The position numbers were made by a program, and so were the translations under genes. From assembly GCA_010909165.1 (NCBI GenBank), contig VJWM01000423.1:1-11017 (forward strand): 11,017 nt of DNA, given 5' to 3'. This stretch comes from Anthoceros angustus (taxonomy: Eukaryota; Plantae; Anthocerotophyta). Positions 1 to 8,827 of the stretch are shown here, in pieces; within the stretch, counting starts at the first letter, position 1; every line of letters begins with the position of its first letter. Below the pieces are notes generated by a model. It was not told the DNA's origin, did no database searches, and saw only the letters and a list, made by a program, of their open reading frames with translations.

Positions 1-1295
1 ACAGTGCTCACACATCGAGATCGGAGAAGTTAAACGAGGATATAACGAGCGAGATAAAACCTTCATTCCCTTCGAGACATATGTCCTAAGCAATGCCACA
101 AGGAAACATTTGGTTGCTCACACACGATCACATGATCTTTGGATGTTTACACAAGTGAGTACAAAGTGCCACACTCGATCCACACAGAGAACCTTTGGAG
201 ATCTTCCAAGAGTGATCCCCAAACCAGAATGGTAACCATCATCCAAGCATCTGCGCTAATCATGCTCTTTGTCAACTTGAACATGCCTAACGCGCATGAA
301 TGAAGATCCGTTGTCAAACTTGAGTTGCACATCACCTCGCTGCGATCGGCATGCATAGTTATTTCCAAGCCTAACGCATCCTTTCCTTGTAGCATCATGC
401 TAAACCACTCTCTATGAGGAGTAACATGGAAAGATGCACCGAGTCAATTATCCAATTGCGTAATAAATGACTATCCACGTAATTGTGCAGCATTCAAGTA
501 AGAAGAGATAAGGACATCTCCGTCCTCAACAGTTTAACTCTTCCAACTGAAGTCGCCTTCTTGTCGTCCCCTTCTTCTCTTTTCCTTGGTCCTTTTGAAC
601 TTCTCTCTCTTTTGAAGTGACCCCTTTTGTGACAATAGTGACACTCCACATTCTTGTTACGACTACGAGATTTGCTACGAGAAAGCTTCATCCGGTTGCT
701 TCCCTTCGCAGTGGACCTCCCTCTCACTATGAGGGCACGGAACCTTTGGAAGGTTCCATGTTTTCTGTTCACCTCCTCGGTTAACAGCTACCTTCTACAT
801 TTACAATGGTAAGACCACTAGCGAGGCAATTACTCGGTATGCAGAAGGTATCCCAACTCTCGTAATGTGACCAGAAACATAGCTCTCACGGAATCGGGGC
901 GTGATACCTTGAGATGAGAGCTGGCTGAAAATGGTATTGAAATCATTCATGATCGGACATCCTCGTCCCTTCCTTCATCTTCAAGTCCACCAATTTGTTT
1001 CAACCAATACACACGAAGCACTTTGCTTCTCATACGTCCTGACACGCCACATCGTAACTCGTGGTCTTATCTTTCACATTGAAGTACCTTTTGACAATGT
1101 TAGCATGATAGTAGATCTAGCAAGCTCATCCAGTCCGCCACTCATCACAGTCATACTATCCGGTTTGGCGCCTAACAACTTTATGGGCTTGATCTTTTAC
1201 GCACTAGAACATTATACACTTGTTCTTTCCGAGCGGAAGTTAGTACCATCTAACTTCTCGATATTGAACATGAGCGTTTTCGATGAAGACATCAT
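1..1295 (-). pseudogene. Frameshifted copia gag-pol (gag, CCHC knuckle, aspartic protease, start of integrase); frameshifts may be read errors
   Basis: Reconstructed across 1-nt indels. Start ATG 1295 gives MMSSSKTLMFNIEKLDGTNF, then ..EQVYNVLV.., ..LARSTIMLTLSK.., ..LVDLKMKEG... Knuckle CHYCHKRGHFKRE at ~605-643. Protease WIIDS(G)ASFHVTPHREWFS ending at 454. Pre-integrase LWH.(R)LGHMS at ~75-101. CEHC at the very left edge. Confidence 0.9.
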
Positions 1296-1444
1296 GACTC
1301 AAAAATCGATCTGATAAACACTCAACTCGCCTTGTTAGAAAAGTCAAAAAGCGATCCGTCGGTCCGTGTATTTGTTGGTATTCCACGTATTCCATCGAAT
1401 ATTCGGCGAATTTTACGCTCACCGCCCGGCGTTTGGCGCTCAAT

Positions 1445-1990
1445 TGTCTGCCGCGCTCGGCTGCCGCGCGCCGCACCGGCACCACCGCGCCGCGCGCCGC
1501 GGCGCGGCCAACCCGCGCCACGGCGCGCGCCGGCGCCGCCCGGGCGCGGCGCGCGCCGCAGCGCTGCCGCGCCGCGGCCGGGCCCGCGGCCCGGGCCGCG
1601 CCAGCGCTGCCCGCGCCCAGCGCGCGCGGCCCGCCCGCGGCTGCGGGCCCCGCCCGCTGGCGCCCGCTGCGCCGGGCTGGGGTGGCGGCGGCGCTGCCGG
1701 CGCCCAGCGCTGCCGCGCCGGGCTCCGCGGCCCAGCGGCCTTGCGCCCAGCGGCTGGCGCTCCACGCCCCGCGCCCCGCCAGCTCGCGCCCGCGCTGCGG
1801 CGGCGCTCCGCGCGCCCAGCGCCCGCTGCGCCCGCGCGCCCGCAGCTGCCGCGCGCGCCGGCGGCCGTGCGCCGGCAGCACGCCCGCCCGCGCCGTGCCC
1901 GCGCCTCGCGCCCGCCGCGGTCGCTCCGCTCACGGCCTCATCCGCTCGCGGCTCTGCGGCGTTGACCCCTCGCCGGATCTGGATCACTGC
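1445..1990 (-). repeat. Extremely GC-rich low-complexity tract in the 5' leader of copia #1
   Basis: Roughly 90% G+C by eye. Recurring units gcgcccagcg and cagcgctgcc. Lies between the PBS (2026) and the gag ATG (1295). Confidence 0.85.
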
Positions 1991-2025
1991 GGCTAGAAAA
2001 TTCTAGCATCACAACACAAACCAAT

Positions 2026-2037
2026 GGCTCGATACCG
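2026..2037 (-). other. Primer-binding site (tRNA-iMet) of copia #1
   Basis: Minus strand reads ..TTCA-AC-CGGTATC-GAGCC versus the canonical TGGTATCAGAGCC (one substitution, one deletion), 2 nt after the LTR-terminal CA. Confidence 0.85.
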
Positions 2038-2039
2038 GT

Positions 2040-2305
2040 TGAAGGATCGTGGGGCAGCCATGGTGGAAAGAGGAGAGGAGGAGGCAAGTAGCTCTCTCAC
2101 ATTGAGATGAGGCTTGGAGGGTATTTATACCCTCACCAAACTCCTAGGAAGCTCCACAAGAAGCTCCTAGGAAGGAGCACAAGAAGCTTCCTAGTGATTA
2201 GCTTAAGCTAAACTAATGATATAGCGACACCTAACTTAGACTAAGTGTATTAGTCTAAGTATATTTGAACTTTAATACCTTACAGAGCTCTCCACAGGTC
2301 CTTCA
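2040..2305 (-). repeat. 5' LTR of copia #1 (266 bp)
   Basis: Termini TGAAGGA...TCCTTCA form a perfect 7-bp inverted repeat (TG..CA), extending imperfectly (TGAAGGAtcgTGG / TGAAGGAcctgTGG). Adjacent to the PBS and contains a TATA box. The 5 bp at 2306-2310 (GTGGG) are the expected target-site duplication. Confidence 0.85.
2122..2129 (-). promoter_or_regulatory. TATA box of LTR #1
   Basis: TATAAATA on the minus strand, about 80 nt before the LTR 3' end, oriented toward gag. Confidence 0.7.
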
Positions 2306-2470
2306 GTGGGGCCTACATCGGCTCCCCTAAGCGTAAGTCGAGGGGCTCCTCCTTCTTGCCGGCCGGTCCTCGGGGTCTGTCTCGACTCCGAACTTGAGTC
2401 CGGCTTATTCACAGGTCCGGGCTGGGTCAGACCTTGTCTCTGGGGTCGGACCTCGGGGTCAGTTATTCTG

Positions 2471-2567
2471 AGTCGGACTTGAGTCCGGACTTATTAAGTC
2501 CGGACTTGATCGGACTTATTCGGTCCGGACTTGTCGGCCTCCCCTGAGGTCGGACAAAGTCGGACTC
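2471..2567. repeat. Tandem CGGACTT / AGTCCGGACT palindromic repeats
   Basis: CGGACTT at 2474, 2486, 2501, 2511 and 2526, with degenerate copies to 2567 and around 2388-2410. AAGTCCGGACTT (2496-2507) is a perfect palindrome. Confidence 0.85.
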
Positions 2568-2699
2568 ACGCCACCGGGTTTCCTCCCTCACGGGACTCCT
2601 CGTGGCTCTCCTCGAAGTCCTCCAGCTGTTCCCGATCCGGGTACTCCTTGGCCCCTCCTTCCATGGTGAGGTGCGGGGTGCTTACCTCGATCGCATCGC

Positions 2700-5230
2700 G
2701 CTCCTCGTTCGCTCCTCGGTTGCTCCTCTCCGCGCCGCTCCGTCATCTCAAGCAGGGGCCACTAGGGTCCCTGTCTTTGTCCCGTGGCCTTCATCTCCTT
2801 GAGCCTTCCGGTCCGTCCGTTTGCGGTGTCGAGAGGCTTCTGCCGGGGCTCGGCGTGGTAATAGGCAAAGTCAGATCGACTTGTTGGAATTGCCTCTTCC
2901 ACGTGTGCGGAGCACCGTCTCCCTCGCCATAAGTGTTAAAATGGGCGTCTTTGCCCGGCTTGTTGGGCCACCTCTCCTGCCCGGTTTGACACCGGAGCCG
3001 GGTCATCACGCGAGGCTACAAGGCGGCCTCACCTCGCAATGCCGTTGTTCGCCCGCCTCCCGCTGCTTTCCATCGCCACCATCCATAGCGCAGCTGCTCC
3101 TTCCGCCTTTCTCACCGGACCAGCCTTTTTCGCCCAGGCTCGCGCCTCCGCTCATTCTCGCCTTTAGCTCCGCCACCTCTCTCCAAAGCGGCCGATACCT
3201 CCGTCCGACTCCCGACTTCCTCCAGTAGCCCGGCAACGCCCAACTCCTCGATAGTCGCCGATTTTCCTCCGCCTTCGACGGAGCCGGAGGCACTGCTTCG
3301 CTCGAGGTCGTGATTCTCTCGCTGAGAATCACCGCCTCCGACGATCTTGGAGTTGTAGCTCCAGGTCCTTGCTGCCTCCATCTCCGCCGCCTTCTACTCC
3401 TCGCACTGCATTCGAGAGATCCTCTATCTCCCGAGGCCGCCTCGCCTCCATAGCCTGCGCGGCCTTCGAGTTAGCCTCTACGTCATACTTTTCCACCGGC
3501 CCGATCACGCCTCAGTGATCCTGCCGCTCACGCGGCTCACTTCGCCGCTTTACCGGCTCGCCCACTTGGCGCCGCTTAGCCGGCCGCCCGCCAGTCCCGA
3601 GCTCTCCGCTTGTGCCCGGCCTCTTCCGCCTCCCCGCGCTCTTCGCCGCAGGGTCCTCCGCGCTGGGCCTCCTCGAGCTTGTTTCACTGCTCAGACACAA
3701 GAACCTTGGCCCGGCCCCGCCGAACCGCCTGGCCTCGCCTCGCCACCCGGCGCTTCCTTCCTCGATCCGAGCGAGGGACTCCGCCTTTTCCTTCCCTCCG
3801 GGCCTTCACTTGCTCTTGAGTTCCACCATCCTCCTCGGGTGGCCTCCACTTCACAGGTCTTCTGTACCCAGAGACCCCAAAGCATTCCGTCCATGGCGGT
3901 AGCAGGACTTCGCCGTGTTTCTTCCACGGCCACGTGAGGCCCCACAAAGTCCGTAGTGGGGCCGGCATTTCTCGGTCCCAGGACCTCCATACCATGATCC
4001 GGAGTAAGTCGGTGGGTTCTCGGACCTAATCGGGACCCTCGGGTCACAGAGTGGTGAGTCAGTCTCACCCTCTTTGGCCCTCTTGGCCTCTAACTCCTTT
4101 TTGCCCTCTTTCTCACAGGGCTCGGAGGAGGTGAGGGGTCAGGAGCAAGCTCTTTTGCCCCTTCACAGCCGGGGCAGGCCGGCTCGAGGTGGTGCTGCGG
4201 TGACCTCCTGCTCCTTGGGCCACGTCCTTCGCCCTCCTTCGCCTCTTGACCTCTTGCCACTCAGGTAGGCGGGGGTAAAGCACCTTCGAGGGTCTTTGCG
4301 TTGGTAAGCGGCGGCGTCTTCCGCCTCTTGGCTCCCGTGAGCTCGGCGGCCGTCGTGGTTGTTGGCATTGTTACAGGGTCGGGAGCCAGCCCTCGGCATC
4401 GGCTCCCTCTGTCGGGTGCTCGGGAGGGCACCAAAAGGAGGAAGGGAATCGCCTCCCAAACTTCCACAGGTGGTGAGGGGTTCGCTCGAGGCGTATGGTC
4501 AGGAATCCTCCCGGTCGTCCTCCTCCAGTCGCTTGGTCTTGAAGGGCGACCCCCACCTCGGCGCCTTGCACGCCTCCGGTGGCCCCCCTTCCCGAGCGCC
4601 TGCTCAAGCTCTCCTCCTTCAGAGCTCGAAATGTCCCCATACATGAATCGTATGGGGTCACCCGATGGCGAGGGCTTCGCCCTTAGCTTGCGTGCCCCGA
4701 TCGAACCGGCGAAGATAATCCTTCCCGCCCGCCTTCTTCCTCACCGGAGCGCATGCAGAATACTAATGGTTATCACCAAGGTGATCCACCTTGGTGAGCA
4801 GTGTTCCAATGGATAATGATCCGGCTACCGCCTACTTACTCGACCGGCCCAGCAGACGGATATCAACCATCCGCTGGTTGTCCGCCTGTGCCTCAAGAGG
4901 CCACGTGGGCCCCTATCTTCCCTTCGCCTTAAGGGGCTCGCACCACGCCCCTTCTTCCTCCTTCAAGCGGTTAGGCCATCCTCGTGACCTCCAAGGTCCA
5001 TCGCCTGGTCCTCCGGAGGTTCTTGGATCGACCTCCTTGTTGATCGCCGCCAAGATCTTCCGCAAACTCCCTGACTAGAGTGACGTTGTCAAAGGTCCGA
5101 CCATTTGGAACACGCCCGATGCCACTCCCGCACCACCGCTTCCTCCACCAGGTCAAGTCCGGAGTAGCGCCGTCACAATGTTGCGCCCACGAGGGTCCAT
5201 GGCTCCTGCACTCCGGCTTTTGGGTGCCAT
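2700..5230 (-). pseudogene. Long frameshifted ORF of unknown function (K/R/E/G-rich, coiled-coil-like C-terminal part)
   Basis: Candidate start ATG GCA CCC AAA at 5230. Purine-rich minus strand yields successive protein-like segments, e.g. EKEGKKELEAKRAKEGE, EANSKAAQAMEARR, EVAELKARMSGG. Ends are approximate. Confidence 0.35.
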
Positions 5231-5910
5231 TGCTTCCTCCTCTTGCCGTAGCCGCCGGGCCGAGTCCACCGGCACGATGTTCCTCCTTCGCCGCTGCTCG
5301 CTCCAACCTTGACGGCGCCACGCCTAAGCCGACTGGGCGCCCAAAAGATCCAGAGAGCCGGATTATGGAGCGCAAGGGACCGTGAGGATTGTCTGAGGTC
5401 ACAAATGACCTCCTCCTTGGCCGCGCAGGAAGTAATCGGGCAAGGCGCTGTCCAGAATCGCTGTGGGTCCGCATGGCTTACTCGACCCTACGCCCGCTTA
5501 CTGCCTTACGCCGCCGCACAGCCGCGGGCGTGAATACCGCTATAACGGCCTGCAAGGTTACGGCCCGCCTACGCATGCCGACCTCCACTCGGCCGCCCAC
5601 GTGGCGCCGCCTCTGCCCTCACGCCCGCCTCCTAGGTTACTTCGGCATTTATCCTATTTTGACTGGAGTGGGTTCCGGACTTATCCACATCTCGCGTAGT
5701 CCGGAGCTTGCCATAGTGGTACCGGGTCCGTTGTTCACTCCAGAGTCCGAGTATACTCCGAGCCTCGTCCAAGCGCTACCCCAATTTATTCCTCCTTTTC
5801 TTATTTATCCTTCAATCCTAAAAAACAGAAACCCTACTTATTTCCTAACTCCCTGTAGAAGTGCATAGCCCACAATCTCCAACTTCAGCTAAGTCACACT
5901 TCCCCATCAA

Positions 5911-6850
5911 CTAGCCCTCGGCCTTCATCTCAGGTTCGATGTACCTCACACGGTCGATGAAAGTAAAGTCTTCCTGCATCCGCAATGGTGTTGTGATCTG
6001 GCAACTAACCTCATCTCCTCATTTGTGAGGCCAAGAAGAACATATGCATCCATCCACTGCATTTTGAACCAATGGATACAAGTCGGCTAGTCTAGATCCG
6101 GGCCCGAAGGAATGATTCCTCCCAATACATAAAATTTGTACACCCCGATCCACCTTATCCATGTCAAAGAAGTTCTTGTTGGGACCTTTGGGCGGGTCTA
6201 CAATGACAATCATGGGCAGCACACCAGCCACCACGTGGAATGCTTCTTTTGCATCAAAGCCTCCACCCAAGCCGAGTCTAGCTTACGTACCTTGCCAAAG
6301 TGACATAGTTCTTCCGAGGTCTACAAGCTGATGGACAGCGTGGACTCCATACTCTCTTTCCGCAATTGCCTCCCTCGCAACATCTCTCCCCTCGGCCCTC
6401 GTCGTCGCTAACTGTGGCTCATCCAAAGTAGCTCTGACCTTGTCCTTAGCCTTCTCTATGAACTTTGGGAGCTCTTGGCCCCTCTCGGACATCATGTGCC
6501 ATTAGCTGCTTGCCAGCACTTGTTGACCTTCCCACCCGCCGTCCTCCCGATTGCCCGGCCTCTCAATCCCTTCCCTCTTTTCCTCGATTGTCTACCCCTG
6601 TGACTGTGGCTTGAACCCTTTGGAGTGCCATGGGCGGACCCAAATCCCAGTCCGTTGCATCCACCTCCTTGCCCCGTCATCCTCCACGTCTTCGTCGTCG
6701 GGCTGGATATGATCCACCGGCTGTGGGCCATCGGCCGAGAATGCCATCGCCAAACCCTCCATTGTCTGGTCCCCACCGCATCCTCATCTTCGTCTTCGTT
6801 GGCTAGAGAGGTTAGGGTGACATCTGATAAAGTAGTAGCATCGCCTTAGG
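5911..6850 (-). pseudogene. Frameshifted ORF: acidic low-complexity region followed by a ParB/Srx-like domain
   Basis: Reconstruction across 1-nt shifts gives VRKLDSAWVEALMQK..AFHVVAGVLPMIVIVDPP..DMDKVDRG-YKFYVLG(G)NHSF..SRLADLYPLVQ-MQWMDAYVLLGLTNEEMRLVA-DHNTIADAG-FTFIDRVRYIEPEMKAEG* (6290-5911). Upstream are acidic segments ANEDEDEDAVG and QPDDEDVEDDG. Confidence 0.55.
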
Positions 6851-7607
6851 GCACGTTTCAGTTCTTTAACATATTTTTAGAACTCAGCGTTATAGTGAGC
6901 AAGCATCACCGAACGGTTACAAAAAAGTTTGGGCACAACGTACATCATGTACACTTCTCTCATTGCTAATCAATCCAATATATGTCTCTCACATCCTGTG
7001 CCTCCATGTGAAACATGTTGTCGAGCGGCGCATGTCCGCTAGCCCTGCCCTAGAATCATGAAGAATAACCTCTCTAACATGCGGGTTCTAAGAAAAACGC
7101 GCCAACTCAAAGCGGGCAAATAGGGATGCTCAGAATTTGGAATCTCTCGATTCCATAGAATGGATTCTTAAGAGAGGCTCATGAAGATGTACTAATCTAC
7201 GATGGACTAGAGTTTCGCATCCGCTTCTAATAGGGAAGAATTCTTTGTTAAGGGGATACCTTGACCATTGAATATGACTGCATCTATATCCAGCTTCCTT
7301 TCTCTGAACCATGAAAAGAGAAATCGCTCCACTGGACGTCGCTCCTATCTCTCACCGGTGTCAGCAGGTCACATCCTTAGGGTCCTTAAGTCGCCAGCCG
7401 CGGTTTCTTCACGCTCCCACCTGCTGAAGAAATCACAAACCTCCACAATTCCGTGATAGAGAAATTAACAAAGCTGGACCAACCACACGCACACATTAAA
7501 TTCCCTCAAAGAACATATAGAGTCCTGATCACCATGCAGATAGAAATATATACCCTACTCAGAAACACAGTATTTAGCGTTTAGAGACTAAACATACACA
7601 AGATGTC

Positions 7608-7789
7608 TGTTGGATTAATAACCACGACGGTTAAATATCCCACTTACTTTTAGGTTATGCTATTTAGGGTTATTAGGCTACTTTTGTATATAACATTTTT
7701 CTGCTCATTATTAAATACACATCGTTTTATTTCCATTGCTCGCATGCCTCGCATCTTGGCCTTTCTTAGATGCATGAGGTATCTCCACA
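7608..7789 (+). repeat. 5' LTR of copia #2 (~182 bp)
   Basis: Ends TCTCCACA directly before the PBS. Candidate start TGTTGGA (7608) is an imperfect inverted match to the end. TATATAA at 7687-7693. The left boundary is less certain than the right. Confidence 0.65.
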
Positions 7790-7799
7790 TGGTATGAGC
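7790..7799 (+). other. Primer-binding site (tRNA-iMet) of copia #2
   Basis: CA|TGGTAT--GAGC versus the canonical TGGTATCAGAGC (2-nt deletion at the CAG). Confidence 0.75.
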
Positions 7800-8069
7800 A
7801 CCTTGATGGTGTCGAATCCTTTGTATCTTGCAATGCCTCGTGGTCGTGGAGAACGTGTGTTCTCGCGTGGTGAATTTCCTTCAAGGCACCGTGGACCACT
7901 AATCTCCACCCACTCCCAAGCCGCTCGGATTGCGATTTTCTCGATAATTATCGAGAAATAATCCGCAAGATCGGAAGAGGCGAAGAGCAAAGAAGGCTCC
8001 ATAATTTTAAACAGAGCAAAGATTAAATAGACATCAAGAAGTTCAGCTTGTGGAAGTCACTCCAAACAA

Positions 8070-8504
8070 GTGACCAAGAATCAGCAATTTAAAACACAAT
8101 CTAAATATCAGCATTTAGACAATAAAAGGCTGCGATCTAATTTGGAGTTTCTTGATGATGCTATAAAAGGCGAAGATTTTGATTCAGAAAATCCTGCACA
8201 TGAGGATATCCATTCTCTTGTAGAATCTCATTGTAATCGGATTGAAAAATGTGTGGCTCAATTGCGTGCAAGACAGGACATTTTTCTAGAGGCTTTGCAT
8301 GAGCAAGAGAAGCGCCTGCAACGTGCACTTAATTGCCTGCAAGAAGTGTTTTCTGGTTATTTGCAACGAATTGACAATCAGCTGTTCATTCTTCTTGGGG
8401 TTTCTAATTTGCCTTCCCTTGAGAAAATGACAGCAGACAAGCCATCCATTGCAGGAGAATCTAAATCTTCAGGGCATTGTTGCCCACCTATCACGATCCC
8501 GTGA
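8070..8504 (+). CDS. Unknown helical/coiled-coil protein encoded in the leader of copia #2, upstream of gag; true start possibly ATG 7833 via frameshifts
   Basis: 144 uninterrupted codons in AT-rich DNA. The core LEFLDDAIKGEDFDSENPAHEDIHSLVESHCNRIEKCVAQLRARQDIFLEALHEQEKRLQRALNCLQEVF has natural amphipathic composition. The ORF-track start is a GTG. Confidence 0.6.
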   Translation: MTKNQQFKTQSKYQHLDNKRLRSNLEFLDDAIKGEDFDSENPAHEDIHSLVESHCNRIEKCVAQLRARQDIFLEALHEQEKRLQRALNCLQEVFSGYLQRIDNQLFILLGVSNLPSLEKMTADKPSIAGESKSSGHCCPPITIP

Positions 8505-8827
8505 TTTGTTTCACCGCACAAGGAGAGGAGTTGCAATTAGGGATTTGTTGTCGGATTGTCAGATCCGCTCAATTGCTCCACCACATTTATATGAAGAGAC
8601 GTTAGGGTTACTGAGTATGTCACTGCAGCTTCCCTTCATGTTCTCTGAATCCCAAGCTTTCCTCCCTTTAGCCCTAGTTTATATTTATTTTTAGGCACGT
8701 TTCGTATCTTGATAGTTACACACTAAGATTTGAATGGTTACTATTCATTTACGCATTAGTTACTTCCTTGTTAGTTAGTCTTTGCGCCTCCATCTTTTAC
8801 AGGTACAGTAGCTACTGCATGCATACC

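Larger units (their letters stand above)
1..2305 (-). mobile_element. Ty1/copia LTR retrotransposon #1 (Tnt1/Tork-like), 5' portion; continues beyond the left edge
   Basis: Order on the minus strand is LTR (2305-2040), tRNA-iMet PBS, leader, gag, zinc knuckle, protease, GAG-pre-integrase. Protease followed directly by integrase is the copia order. Confidence 0.92.
2306..5780. mobile_element. Probable internal non-gag/pol region of a Ty3/gypsy Tat/Retand-like element (tandem repeats plus long extra ORF); orientation and right boundary uncertain
   Basis: GC-rich with strong pyrimidine skew on +, tandem CGGACTT repeats and a long low-complexity minus-strand ORF remnant. No gag, RT or integrase motif seen, so the call rests on architecture only. 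Confidence 0.4.

Noticed and set aside
1240-2006. Five overlapping 187-224 aa ORFs on both strands
   Set aside because: They are artefacts of the ~90% GC tract lacking stop codons. The translations are A/R/G/P low-complexity, and the region is the copia leader.
2040-2284. Alternative LTR #1 boundary at TGTAAGG (2284)
   Set aside because: Extending to 2305 gives a perfect 7-bp terminal inverted repeat with the PBS-proximal end, while 2284 gives a poorer match.
5311-5320. TGGCGCCGTC on the minus strand, resembling a gypsy (Tat/Athila) PBS
   Set aside because: It is not preceded by an LTR-terminal CA, the match does not extend, and it is likely by chance in GC-rich DNA.
2531-5868. Numerous plus-strand ORFs rich in S/P/L
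   Set aside because: They are antisense shadows of the purine-rich minus-strand ORF in GC-rich DNA, with no recognisable motifs.
6110-6210. GRF zinc-finger reading (CHC..KGPNK..GC.NF.YWEE) or LINE RT-like 'DMDK.DR'
   Set aside because: These need their own frameshifts and cover only a short stretch. The ParB-like reconstruction explains ~380 nt with an ordered series of motifs.
7000-7015. GCCTCCATGTGAAACA, a 12/16 match to bacterial parS near the ParB-like ORF
   Set aside because: Only one half-site is intact, it is not palindromic, and such a match is expected by chance. There is no reason for parS in plant repeat DNA.
6850-7100. Possible MuDR/MULE N-terminal region
   Set aside because: There is only vague similarity, and no MULE DDE, SWIM or TIR is visible.
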